Below are positions 48,135 through 61,898 of a DNA stretch of 64,000 nt, in pieces. The DNA is from an uncultured Alphaproteobacteria bacterium (GTDB lineage: Bacteria > Pseudomonadota > Alphaproteobacteria > Sphingomonadales > Sphingomonadaceae), in contig CAVYJV010000001.1 in the NCBI GenBank assembly GCA_963768955.1, forward strand, positions 97,340 to 161,339, read 5' to 3'. The number at the start of each line of letters is the position of its first letter. The stretch's first letter is position 1. The position numbers and the translations under genes are program-made. Below the pieces are notes generated by a model. That model made no database searches and had not been told where the DNA came from. It was given only the letters and a program-made list of their open reading frames with translations.

Positions 48135-49169
48135 TCAGTCGATCAGATTCCTCGCCGACAAAATGGCGGGATCACGCCCGGCACGAGCCGGCAGCGTGGC
48201 GCGTTCGAGTATCTCGCGCCGTGTGTGGCCGTGGAAAGCGAACTGAATCGAGTTTCTTTCGATCTGGAACGATGCGAAGCCCGCGCGGCGGTGGAAGCTG
48301 TTCCAGACCGGTTTTCCGTCGGGATTGGACGGATCGGGGCAGTCGCTGGCCAACACGCATCCCGATGCAGCGCCGCCCGTGTAGTCCCCCAACATCTCGG
48401 ACCCACCGCCCGAGCAGATGTAGTGAAAATTTTCCTGGCGAATTCGATAGAGGCAGTGATCGTGCCCACAAATGTACAGGGTCACGCCGGTACGTTTCAT
48501 CAGGCAATCGAGGTCTTGGAGCTGTTTCGATCCGCCGTGGTGTCCCACCGAATAAATTGGGTGATGGCCGACAACGATTTTCAGCTTGGCGGTCGATCTG
48601 CTTAGCTCCTCCTCCAGCCACCGTTTCTGCATCGAACTAAAGTGAGCCGGGATTTTTGCTCCACTGAGGAAGTAGGGAAAGTCTTCCTTCACTTTCCAGA
48701 TGACCGTATCGATCATGAAAATATCGAGGTCAGGTTGCTGATGGTCGGCGTAGCCTAATTTGTACCACAGCCCGCGCATGCGCCACCGATTGTCCGTGCG
48801 ATCAAGCTGCGCTTTGACGTCGCCGCCCCAATCGTGGTTCCCAAGGATTGGGTACCAGGGCATGCCGAGCGCGACCGGGGAATAAATGTCCTCGTAGCTT
48901 TCGCGCCAGTGCGAATCTTTCGCGGAAGACACCCCGAAATTATAGAAATTGTCGCCCGTCGTGAGGACGAATGACGGTTGTCGCTCGGCCGCTACGCTTG
49001 CCATCTCATTGGCGACCGGGATTTGGAAATCGCCGCCTCTGCGCCCCCAGTCGCCGAGCACGAAGAAATTAAATGGCTTGCGCGGTTGCGCCCACGCCAT
49101 TTTGGGCACGATGATCGAGCCGAGAGCAAGCGGCCCAATGCTCAGTATGTCACGTCGAGTTGACCGCAA
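48135..49169 (-). CDS. Purple/tartrate-resistant acid phosphatase family metallophosphoesterase, Tat signal
   Basis: TRRDIL, GDWG, GDNFY, GNHD, GHHP and GHDH. Confidence 0.92.
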   Translation of the reverse strand: MRSTRRDILSIGPLALGSIIVPKMAWAQPRKPFNFFVLGDWGRRGGDFQIPVANEMASVAAERQPSFVLTTGDNFYNFGVSSAKDSHWRESYEDIYSPVALGMPWYPILGNHDWGGDVKAQLDRTDNRWRMRGLWYKLGYADHQQPDLDIFMIDTVIWKVKEDFPYFLSGAKIPAHFSSMQKRWLEEELSRSTAKLKIVVGHHPIYSVGHHGGSKQLQDLDCLMKRTGVTLYICGHDHCLYRIRQENFHYICSGGGSEMLGDYTGGAASGCVLASDCPDPSNPDGKPVWNSFHRRAGFASFQIERNSIQFAFHGHTRREILERATLPARAGRDPAILSARNLID

Positions 49170-49239
49170 TGGCCCAATCCGTCCATTCGCCTACCGAGCG
49201 TGCGCAAAGTGCCAGAAGCAAAGACTGATGTAAATCAAT

Positions 49240-49268
49240 AAAAAGGCCCCGCATTGCTCCGGGGCCTT
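49240..49268 (-). terminator. Intrinsic terminator after pnp
   Basis: Minus strand AAGGCCCCG-GAGCAATG-CGGGGCCTTTTT. Confidence 0.8.
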
Positions 49269-49300
49269 GTTGCTTTTTCGAAGTTGAGCGCGTCGGAAGT

Positions 49301-49361
49301 AAGACAGGCCCTCACCCCGCTCGCCTTCGGCGAGTCGCCCTCTCCCGCGAGCGGGAGAGGG
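49301..49361 (+). repeat. Palindromic repeat, copy 2, between the pnp stop and its terminator
   Basis: AAGACAGGCCCTCACCCC, an extra hairpin CTCGCC-TTC-GGCGAG, then CCCTCTCCCGC-GA-GCGGGAGAGGG. Confidence 0.8.
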
Positions 49362-49368
49362 TTAGGGG

Positions 49369-51771
49369 TTAGTCGTCGTTCCGTCGGTTCAGGAACGCCG
49401 GGGCGAACTCGGGCGCGGGGCCGTCATTGTCCGCCGCGCTCGCGACGGGGGCCGCGGTCGCCGCCTTCGCCGCGCGGGCCACGGTCGCCGCCGCCTTCAC
49501 GACGCGGGCCACGGTCACGGTCGCCGCCGCCGCCGCCTTCGCGACGCGGACCACGGCCACGGTCGCCGCCGCCGCCGCCGCCATCACGACGCGGGCCGCG
49601 ATCGCGGTCGCCGCCACGCGGACGGTCGCCGCGGTCACCGCGCTTCGCGCGGGGGACGGGTGTCCTCCAGCTCGGCGCCGGTTTCCTGGTCGACGACGCG
49701 CATCGACAGGCGGACCTTGCCGCGCTGGTCGACCTCGAGCAGCTTGACCTTGACTTCCTGGCCCTCGGTCAGGACGTCGCGGACGTTCTCGACCCGCTCG
49801 TTCTTGATTTCCGAGACGTGGACGAGGCCGTCCTTGCCCGGCATGAAGGTCACGAACGCGCCGAAATCGACGATGTTGGCGACCTTGCCGGTGTAGATCG
49901 TGCCGACTTCGGGCTCCTGGACGATGCCGAGGATCCACTGGCGGGCGGCCTCGATCTGGTCGAGGTCGGACGACGAGATCTTGATCACGCCCTCGTCGTC
50001 GATGTCGACCTTGGCGCCGGTGGTGGCGACGATCTCGCGGATCACCTTGCCGCCGGTGCCGATCACTTCGCGGATCTTGTCCTTGGGGATCGACATCGTC
50101 TCGATGCGCGGCGCGTGGGCCGACAGCTCCTCGCGGGTGTGATCGAGCGCCTTGGCCATTTCACCCAGGATATGGGTGCGGCCTTCCTTGGCCTGGGCGA
50201 GGGCGACCTTCATGATCTCCTCGGTGATGCCCGGCGACCTTGATGTCCATCTGCATCGTGGTGATGCCCTCGGACGGTGCCGGCGACCTTGAAGTCCATG
50301 TCGCCGAGGTGATCCTCGTCGCCGAGGATGTCGCTGATGACCGCGAAATCCTTGCCTTCGAGGATCAGGCCCATGGCGATGCCCGCGACCGGGCGCTTCA
50401 GCGGAACGCCGGCGTCCATCATCGACGAGCGAACCGCCGCAGACGGTGGCCATCGACGAGGAGCCATTGCTCTCGGTGATGTCGCTGAGAACGCGGATCG
50501 TGTAGGGGAAATCCTCGTTCGACGGCAGCATCGGGCGAAGCGCGCGCCAGGCGAGCTTGCCGTGGCCGGTCTCGCGCCGCGACGGGGCGCCGAAGCGGCC
50601 CACTTCACCGACCGAGTAGGGCGGGAAGTTATAGTGCAGCATGAAGCGGCTGTAGGTCAGGCCGTCGAGGCCGTCGATCATCTGCTCGCGATTCCTTGGT
50701 GCCCAGCGTGGTGGTGCAGATCGCCTGCGTCTCGCCGCGGGTGAACAGGGCCGAGCCGTGGGCGCGGGGCAGGAAGCCGACCATCGCCTCGATCGGGCGG
50801 ACGGTCTTGGTGTCGCGGCCGTCGATGCGGCGGCCTTCCTTGAGGATCGCGGTGCGGACGATGTCCGCCTCGAGCTTCTTGACAGCCTTGCTGGCCGACA
50901 TCTGCTCCTGCGCGTCGGCATCGGCGAAGGCTTCGGCGGCCTTGGCGCGGGCGAGCGGTGAGGGCGGCCGAGCGCTCCGACTTGTCGGTCAGCGTAGGCG
51001 GCGTCGATGTCCTTGCCGATCGATGCCCTTGAGCTTCTCCTTGGCGGCCTTCTTGGCGTCGCCGGTGGCGAGCTCCCACGGATCCTTGGCGGCCTTTTCG
51101 GCCAGCTTGATGATGCCTTCGACAGACCTTCTTGCTGGCGGCATGGGCGAACATCACGGCGCCGAGCATGACGTCTTCCGACAGCTCATTGGCTTCGGAT
51201 TCGACCATCATCACCGCGTCGAGCGTGCCGGCGACGACGAGGTCGAGGTCGCCTTCGGCGATCTGCGTCGTGGTCGGGTTGAGGATATATTCGCCGTCGA
51301 CATAGCCGACGCGGGCGGCGCCGATCGGGCCCATGAAGGGAACGCCCGACAGGTCAGCGCGGCCGAGGCGGCGCATCATGGCGACGATGTCCGGCTCATT
51401 CTCGCCGTCGTAGCGAGAGGACCTGCGCGATCACGAGGACTTCGTTGTAGAAGCCTTCCGGGAACAGCGGGCGGATCGGGCGATCGATCAGGCGGCTGGT
51501 CAGCGTTTCCTTTTCGGTCGCGCCGCGCTCACGCTTGAAGAAGCCGCCCGGAATGCGTCCGGCGGCCGAGATATTTTTCCTGATAGTGGACGGTCAGCGG
51601 GAAGAAGTCCTGGCCCGGCTTGACGCTCTTGGCGGCGGTGACCGCGCACAGGACGACGGTTTCGCCAAGCGTCGCCATCACGGCGCCATTGGCCTGGCGG
51701 GCGACGCGCCCGGTTTCGAGCTTCAGCGTCTTGCCGCCGAGGTCGATTTCCACAGTTTTGATATCGAACAT
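49369..51771 (-). CDS. pnp: Polyribonucleotide nucleotidyltransferase; frameshifted
   Basis: [52 protein letters not shown], and KH and S1 domains. Confidence 0.97.
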
Positions 51772-51899
51772 TTCATTTCCTTTGCCCAGCGGCCGAATGC
51801 CGGCGGGTTCATCTTGGTGCGGGCAATCCGGCCCGCGGCGGGGTGGGGCATTTCTGGCCCCATGGGCGCCCCGCCGGAATGCGGGAACGCCCGATAGCG

Positions 51900-51923
51900 A
51901 AAGGGCGCCGCGAAGGCGCCCTT
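51900..51923 (-). terminator. Hairpin after rpsO
   Basis: AAGGGCGCC-TTCGC-GGCGCCCTTT with a short U tail. Confidence 0.65.
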
Positions 51924-51930
51924 GGGTGAA

Positions 51931-52199
51931 TTACTTGCGAAGGCCGAGCTTGGCGATCAGCGCGGTGTAGCGCTCGTGATCTTCGCGCTTGAGATAATCG
52001 AGCAGCGAGCGGCGCTTGTTGACCATCATCAGCAGGCCGCGACGCGAATGATTGTCCTTCGCGTGGGCCTTGAAATGGTCGGTCAGCGTGTTGATGCGGT
52101 GGTCAGGATCGCGACCTGCACTTCGGGCGAACCCGTGTCATCGTCGGCGCGGGCATTGTCCTTGATCACTTCGGCCTTCTTCTCGGCGGTAATCGACAT
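51931..52199 (-). CDS. rpsO: 30S ribosomal protein S15; one base missing
   Basis: [21 protein letters not shown], then [29 protein letters not shown] in the shifted frame. Confidence 0.97.
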
Positions 52200-52210
52200 C
52201 GTCATACTCC

Positions 52211-53121
52211 TTAGATTTCGAGGTTGAACCCGCGCACGACCTTGCAGCCGTCCTCCGAAAGCTCGACCAGCGCGACGGGCGTTTCCGCCTCGGTCGCCAG
52301 ATAAAGCCCCGACTGTGCGGGGATCCCGAACAGCATCTGTCCTTGTCGGAGCAGACTGGCCTGGTCGGGGGTGACGGGGAGGGCCGGGATGTCGTCCAGC
52401 CCCGCGTCTAGCGGGAGAACCATCCTCGTCAAGTGCGCGCGCCTTAGCGGCATCGTGCAGAAAGTCCAGCGAAATCGCCTGTTCCAGGGTGAACGGCCCG
52501 GCCTTCGTGCGCCGGAGCATGGTGACATGGCCGACCGTGCCCAAGCGCCAGCGCGATGTCGCGGGCGAGGCTGCGGATGTAGGTGCCCTTGGAGACGCGT
52601 GGCGGAGAGGGTGACGCTCGGCGTCCGCGGCGCCGTCGGCCTGCACGATGCGAGAGCTCGTGGATCGTCACCGACGCGCGTCTTCAGTTCGACCTCGACT
52701 CGCCCTTGCCGGGCGAGATCATAGGCGCGCTCGCCGTCGATCTTCAGCGCCGAATAGGCCGGCGGCACCTGCTCGATCGGGCCGGTGAAGCGGGGGAGGA
52801 TCGCTTCGATGTCGGCCAGCGTCGGGCGGATGGTCGCTGGTGGCGATGACCTCGCCTTCGAGGTCGAGCGTGTCGGTCTGCGTCGCCGAACGGATCGTGA
52901 AGTCATAGGCCTTGGTCGCATCGAGCATGCGGCCGGCCAGCTTGGTCGCCTCGCCGAGCGCGATCGGCAGCACGCCGGTGGCCAGCGGGTCGAGCGTCCC
53001 GCCGTGGCCGACCTTGGTCTTCGGCTCGCCCGCCTCGCGCAAGCGCGCGCTTGACCGCGGAGACGGCCAGGTCGAGCCCAAGCCCGAGCGGCTTGTCGAG
53101 GATGATCCAGCCGTGAAGCAT
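52211..53121 (-). CDS. truB: tRNA pseudouridine(55) synthase; frameshifted
   Basis: [33 protein letters not shown] and [12 protein letters not shown]. Confidence 0.96.
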
Positions 53122-53747
53122 CACTGGCGGGCGCGACAGGCCGAGGTTGAGCTGCCGCGCCTCGCCCTCGCGCAGCGCTCGAAGAAATGGCGGCGGCACA
53201 GGGCGACGTAGCGGTCGTTGCCGCCGATCTCGGTCTGCGCGCCCGCGCGCGACCGCGAAGCCGTCCTGGTCGACGCGCAGGTTCATCGTCGCCTTGCGGC
53301 CGCATTCGCACACCGCCTTCAGCTCGACCAGCGTGTCGGCCAGCGCGAGCAGGGCGGCCGAGCCGGGGAACAGCTTGGCCTGGAAATCGGTGCGCAGGCC
53401 GTAGCACAGCACCGGGATCGACAGCTCGTCGGCGACGCGGCACAGCTGCAGCGACATGGCGCTGGGTGAGGAACTGCGCCTCGTCGACCAGCACGCAATG
53501 CACGTCGCGGCGCTTGCAGTTCCTCGCCGATCGCGTCGAACAGGTCGATGCTCGTCCGAAAAGGTATGCGGCCGGCGCGGACAAGGCGATGCGCGAGCCG
53601 ATCGTGCCGCTCGCCCGAGCGATCGTCGAACGCCGCGGTCCACAGCATCGTCTCCATGCCGCGCTCGCGATAATTGAAATCGGCCTGCAGCAGGGTGGTC
53701 GATTTGCCGGCATTCATCGCCGCATAATAGAAATAGAGCTTGGCCAT
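53121..53747 (-). CDS. tdk: Thymidine kinase; frameshifted
   Basis: [33 protein letters not shown] and [10 protein letters not shown]. Confidence 0.95.
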
Positions 53748-54188
53748 CAGGGACACAGCGATCCAGCGGGGGCGGGGCGGAAGCGGTCGAGGCGGACGGC
53801 GGCGACGGCCTTGGTCCAATGTTCGATCGCGACCCGGCCATTGGCGGGGACGGCGCAGGCCTTGGCCGGTCCGGGCTTGCCGCCGGGAAGGACCAATGTC
53901 GCGCGATAGGCATAATCGAAGCGGCTGTTGTTGGTCATGGTCATGGTCGCTGCCGAGCATCGGGCTGGAGCGTGACCTTGAACTGGCCGGGTAGCGGGCG
54001 CGGCGGTTGCGCGCGACCTTGCGCGCGTCGACCGGCGATCCGCCGCGCACCGCGAACAGCCAGGTTTCGCCCATGCGCACGGTCAGCGGCTTGGCCGACA
54101 GCGGCGCAGCGAGCGCGGCAAGAATCAGCGCGGGGACGAGGCGGCGGAGCGAACATCGGCATCGAATTAGCGGCAATGACGCGTTCAT
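53747..54188 (-). CDS. Hypothetical exported protein; frameshifted, start uncertain
   Basis: Signal-like [16 protein letters not shown], and C-terminal [14 protein letters not shown]...LCP overlapping the tdk start. Confidence 0.6.
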
Positions 54189-54726
54189 CGCCACTCGTCC
54201 TTGAGGATCGAGAACAGCACGGTGTCGCGGACGATGGCCGGTCCAGGTGATGCGGTCGGCGCGCATCACGCCTTCGCGGACGGCGCCGAGCTTGGCCATC
54301 GCGGCCTGGCTGCGCGCGTTGCGGGCATCGACGCGGAACTCGACCCGGCGGATGCCGCGGTCGAAGGCGCGCTCCAGCATCATGTCCTTGACCCGGCGGT
54401 TGAAGCCCGGTGCCGCGCGATCGACGGGCGATAGTAAGTGCTGCCGATCTCGAGCGCCTGGCGGCCGTCGTCGATGCCGAGGAAGCAGCTCATGCCGGCG
54501 CAAGTCGTCGCCGTCGTAACAGCGCGAAGCGGTGCCGAGCCTTCGCGGCGCCATCAGCGCGTCGAAACTGGCGTCGAACGCCGGACGCGCCGAAGTCGGC
54601 GTAATAGAGTTGCCACAGATGTCGGGATCCTCGGCGCAGGCAGCGCGCAGCGGCTCGCGATGCGCCTCGGTCAACGGCTCGCCGCGGACAGCCGTCGCCC
54701 GTCATCGGCGCGGCGAGATCGCTCAC
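54185..54726 (-). CDS. GNAT (RimJ/RimL-like) acetyltransferase; frameshifted
   Basis: [33 protein letters not shown]. Confidence 0.88.
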
Positions 54727-55129
54727 TCGGCGTCGTCCGTCGTCGATATCCTGCGCGACATGCGGCTTGCGCAGCAGCTTGTCGATCTTGCCGCCTTCGT
54801 CGAAGCTTTCGTCGGCACGGAACTTGAGCTTGGCGGCATATTTGATGCTGGACGCGGCTGGCGACTTCGCGCTGGAAGAAGGCGGTGTTGGTGCGCAGCG
54901 CCTTCAGCACCGCCTCCTCGTCCTGGCCGAGCAGCGGCTTCACGAACACCAGTGGCATGGCGCAGGTCGGGCGACATGCGGACTTCGGTGACGCTGACGA
55001 GATGGCTCTGCAGCGTGTCGTCATGCACGTCGCCGCGCGACAGGATGTCGCTCAGGATATGGCGCACCTGCTCGCCGACGCGGAGCAGGCGGACCGAGCG
55101 GCCTTCGGGGGTCTCGACTCTTTGCGCAT
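54723..55129 (-). CDS. rbfA: Ribosome-binding factor A; frameshifted
   Basis: [17 protein letters not shown] and [15 protein letters not shown]. Confidence 0.95.
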
Positions 55130-55141
55130 CGACGCCTCCGC

Positions 55142-57676
<2,535 letters not shown>

Positions 57677-57698
57677 GAATTTCCTTCGTCTTCGTGCG

Positions 57699-58411
57699 TC
57701 AGCCGAGCCTGCGGCAGCGAGCGGCGTCGCCGCCCTCTAGCCCAGCATCGGGATCAATGAAAGCAAGCCACCGGTCGATGGCGCAGTCGGACCCGCCGCG
57801 CGGCGGCAGGGTCGGTCAAGCGCGACATGTACCACATTTTCGCGGCCCAGCGCCATCGACAAGATGGTGCGGTCCTCGGGAAATACCAGTCCCCGCTGCC
57901 TTCGCCGTCCGCCGACGCGCCACGCCTGGTCGAGCTTGCGGTTGCCGTCCTCGCCGGCGTCGGCGGCGTGGATGAGCAGGTGGACCTTGCCCGCGCGCGC
58001 GGCGGCCTCGATCCTTTCCGAGCCCGTTGAGCAGCGTGCCGGCGCGCGCTTCGAGCCCGAGCCGGTCGAGCGCGGCCTGGCGAAGCGCGGCCTCGATGCG
58101 CGTCGCCGAGATCGTCGGGGACGGTCGACGTCGCTGGTCTTGAAGGCGCGGGCGAGCGCGCCCTTCAGCTTGCCCTTGGCGATCGCGGCTTCGAGCGCGG
58201 CGCGGCCGACGCCGATCCACGCGCCGCGCCCGGGCGCCTTGGCGCGAACGTCGGGCGCGACCTCGCCGTCGGGCGACAAGCGCGAGCCGGATGAGCTCGT
58301 CGCGCGGCGCGGTGCGGCGCGAGCAGGACACAGGTCCGCTCCGACCGGCTTCGTCGGCGCGCACGGGCTTCGGTCGGAACGCTCTAGCGTGTCATTCCGG
58401 GGATTCCGCAA
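57699..58411 (-). CDS. DUF448 (YlxR-like) RNA-binding protein; frameshifted
   Basis: [14 protein letters not shown] and [15 protein letters not shown]; canonical position between nusA and infB. Confidence 0.85.
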
Positions 58412-60038
58412 CGGCGTCCTCCCCAGCCTCGGCGGCCGGACGCCTCGTCCTCGAACCAGTGCGCGCGGGCGGCCATGATGATCTCGTTGCCCTGCTCTTC
58501 GCTCAGGCCATATTCGCCGAGCACGCCGCCCTTGTCCTCGGGCGCGGTTGGTCGCGCGTCGCGGCGGCGCGGCTCGGCGCGCTTCTTCTGGATCAGCTCG
58601 TCGGTGGCGAGATCGGCGAGATCGTCGAGCGTCTTGATGCCGGCCTTGCCGAGCGTGACCAGCATCGCCTCGGTCAGGTGCGGCAGTTCGGCCAGCGCAT
58701 CCTCGACGCCGAGCGCGCGGCGCTCCTCGCGGCTGGCGGCTTCGCGGCGCTCGAGCGCTTCGGCGGCGCGGCTCTGCAGCTCGCCGGCGAGTTCGTCGTC
58801 GAAGCCTTCGATCGAGGCGAGTTCGTCGAGCTCGACATAGGCGACTTCCTCGAGGCTGGTGAAGCCTTCGGCGACCAGCAGCTGCGCCAGCGTCTCGTCG
58901 ACGTCGAGCTCGTTCTGGAACATCTTCGAGCGCTCGACGAATTCGCGCTGGCGCTTCTCGCTGGCGTCGGCCTCGGTCATGATGTCGATCTGGCTGGCCG
59001 GTCAGCTGGCTGGCGAGGCGGACGTTCTGGCCGCGGCGGCCGATGGCGAGGCTCAGCTGGTCGTCGGGGACGACGACTTCGATGCGGCTTTCTTCCTCGT
59101 CGATGACGACGCGGCTGACGGTCGCCGGCTGGAGCGCGTTGACGACGAAGGTCGCGGTGTCTTCGCTCCACGGGATGATGTCGATCTTTTCGCCCTGCAG
59201 TTCCTGCACGACGGCCTGGACGCGGCTGCCCTTCATGCCGACGCAGGCGCCGACCGGGTCGATCGAGCTGTCGTGGCTGATCACGCCGATCTTGGCGCGG
59301 CTGCCCGGGTCGCGGGCGGCGGCCTTGATCTCGATGATGCCGTCGTAGATTTCGGGCACTTCCTGCGCGAACAGCTTCTTCATGAAGTCGGGGTGCGCGC
59401 GGCTGAGGAAGATCTGCGGGCCGCGCGCTTCGCGGCGCGACCGGCGAGGATCAGCGCGCGGACGCGATCGCCGACGCGGACCACTTCGCGCGGGATCTGC
59501 TGGTCGCGGCGGATGACGCCCTCGGCGCGGCCGAGGTCGACGACGACATGGCCGAACTCGACCGACTTGACGACGCCGGTGATGATCTCGCCGGCGCGAT
59601 CCTTGAATTCCTCATACTGGCGCTCGCGCTCGGCGTCGCGGACCTTCTGGAAGATGACCTGCTTGGCGGCCTGCGCGTCGATGCGGCCGAACTCGATCGG
59701 CGGCAGCGGATCGACGATGAAGTCGCCGACCGCGGCGTCCTTCTGGAGCTTCTGCGCGCCCTTCAGATCGACCTGCTTGAAGTAATCCTCGACCTCCTCG
59801 ACCACCTCGACGACGCGCCACAGGCGCAGGTCGCCGGTCTGCGGGTCGAGCTTGGCGCGGATGTCGTTCTCGGCGCCGTAGCGGGCGCGGGCGGCGCGCT
59901 GGATCGCGTCTTCCATCGCCTCGATGACGATGGCCTTGTCGATCAGCTTCTCGCGCGCGACGGCGTCGGCGATCGCGAGCAGTTCGGCCTTGTTGGCGGT
60001 CGGGCCGCGGTCGGGGCGGCTGGAGCGGTAGTGGCCAT
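58392..60038 (-). CDS. nusA: Transcription termination/antitermination factor NusA; frameshifted
   Basis: [53 protein letters not shown] and IMAARAHWF. Confidence 0.97.
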
Positions 60039-60045
60039 CAGTCGA

Positions 60046-60587
60046 TCAACCTTCTGTCTTGATCGTGTCGGCGCCGTCGGTGCTGAGCGGCGCGGTGGCG
60101 TTGATGAGCTTGTCGGTCAAGGACGAGCTTGGCCGATGCGATATTGGCGAAGGCGACCTCGCGGTCGCCCTTGGTGGTGTCGATGCGAGACGGTCTCGCC
60201 GTCGATCCCGACGATCTCGCCGGTGACCTGCTTGGCGGCCGTCGACCGGCGTCGACGAACTTGATCCGCGCCTCATGCCCCGCCCAGTCGGCAAAGTCGC
60301 GGGCGCGGGTCAGCGGGCGGTCGATCCCGGGCGACGATGACTTCGAGCCGATAGGCGCCGTCGATCGGGTCGTTGCCGGCTTCTTCGAGCGCGTCGAAGA
60401 TTTCCGAAATCGCGCGCGACAGGTCGGCGCAATCGTCGATCGTCAGCTGGCGCGTGTCGGGCCGCTCGGCCATCACCTGCAGCGTCGGATCGCTCGTCCC
60501 GCCGATCATCGCCACGCGCACGAGATCGAAGCCCAGCGCCGTGACGGCGGGCTCGATCAGTTTCGAAATGGCGGCAGTGTCGGTCAG
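60046..60587 (-). CDS. rimP: Ribosome maturation factor RimP; frameshifted, probable CTG start
   Basis: [23 protein letters not shown] and PGIDRPLTR. Confidence 0.93.
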
Positions 60588-60676
60588 ATCTGGCCTCGAA
60601 AATCAACGCTTCTCGGCTGCCGGACCGACCCGGCCCGGCCCCAACGTCTTGACGATGTCGAGGAGAAGTGAGGGCG

Positions 60677-60705
60677 ATATAGGCGCGTCGGGGGTGAGTC
60701 GCAAG
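60677..60705 (-). promoter_or_regulatory. Sigma70 promoter of the rimP-nusA-infB operon
   Basis: CTTGCG-N17-CTATAT. Confidence 0.75.
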
Positions 60706-60771
60706 CGGGGAGTGGAGGGCGGTGGGTTGGTGCGGCAAATGGCCCGATCGGCGCAAATCGAAGAGCGGTTA

Positions 60772-60801
60772 AATGTCTGATTTGGGTGGAAAGCGGACAT
60801 T
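60772..60801 (+). repeat. 30-bp imperfect palindrome, copy A
   Basis: AATGTCTGA-TTTGGGTGGAAA-GCGGACATT; 25/30 identical to copy B. Confidence 0.85.
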
Positions 60802-60820
60802 ACGCTGCAACAGGCGCGGA

Positions 60821-61214
60821 CTACTCCGTAGCATCTGATCGCCAACCTTGCTGCCACAGCAGCAGTTCCGAATGCCACACTGACGCGGTTGATCTCGAGA
60901 CATGGCTGAGCGAATGCAGCCGCACGCAGCGCGCCGGTAGAACTCCGGAGGTCGAAGCATATCGCGGCAATGTCAATGACGGCGGCGTCCACCACACGAA
61001 GCTGCCTTGCGATCCTCCTCGAGACCGGTCGCAGCAAGAACGATCGACCATGAAGCAACAGCCTTGCGCGCCGAGACGATCGATCGGTGGCCGCGCCGGC
61101 AGATGATTCAACAGCGGACCACGGCAGAGCTATAGCTGATCCGACGACGTGGATCCGCTACGCTGCGCAAGTCTCGATGTAAGACAGCGCGATGGTGTCC
61201 AAGGCTGTGCACAT
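60821..61214 (-). other. Degraded or error-ridden orphan reading frame between the two palindromes
   Basis: Minus-strand ATG at 61214 and TAG at 60821 bracket the slot, but no single frame joins them and no family is recognisable. Confidence 0.3.
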
Positions 61215-61241
61215 GCTCAGCTACGCAGCAGCCGAACCGCC

Positions 61242-61271
61242 AATGTCCGCAATGGGTCGAAAGCGGACATT
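61242..61271 (+). repeat. 30-bp palindrome, copy B
   Basis: AATGTCCGC-AATGGGTCGAAA-GCGGACATT; perfect 9-bp stem. Confidence 0.85.
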
Positions 61272-61323
61272 CGAATTAACCGACTCAGCTTCATCGCCGC
61301 AGTCCGCGACAGGCGGGCCGAAA

Positions 61324-61898
61324 CTAACGGCTTCCCCAGGGTGGCGGCGGCGCGGCGACCGTCTTCGTCAGATCGAATTCCACCCGAAAGAAGCGGTTCG
61401 GGCGGCGGAGTTCGTAGGCGAAGGTGCGGCCGGGGACTGACTTCGACCGCCCAGACGTTGCTGGCGCCGGCAGTGTTGCCTTCGCGGATCAGCAGGTCCT
61501 TGGTGAATTGGTCGGCGGGAAACTCCTGCCGCGCGGCCCTTAGCGGCGTTACCGAATCGCCGCCATATTGGGTGACCTTGTCCTCGCTGCCGTCCTTGTG
61601 GCGATGGTCGTGCTTCAGGCGCAAGCCGGTCGTCGTGCGGGTGATGACCCAGGTGCGGCTGTGATCGTCGGCGACGTGGAACGGCACGCGGATCGTGTCG
61701 GCGCTGCATTCCCGTACCTGCATGACCATCGCCTTGCCTGCGAAATCGGCGTCGGCGGCGGCGGGCGGGCTGGTGATGCGGCCGGCGAAGGACTTGCCGC
61801 ACAGGCTGCGACAGATCGGTGAAGAAGTCGCGTTGCGGAACGGGCGTGGTTGCGCAACCGGCGGTGACGAGCAGGGCGAGGGCGGCGAGCATTTTCAT
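61324..61898 (-). CDS. Conserved hypothetical lipoprotein; frameshifted
   Basis: Lipobox TAGC, MQVREC, SRTWVIT, LRLKHDHRHKDG..VTQYGG and FRVEFDL. Confidence 0.8.

Noticed and set aside
49440-49640. Tandem GC-rich repeats as a non-coding array
   Set aside because: They are the coding low-complexity tail of PNPase.
51780-51895. Novel ncRNA between rpsO and pnp
   Set aside because: GC-rich stems here are best explained as the structured pnp leader, known in other bacteria as an RNase III processing site; nothing supports an independent gene.
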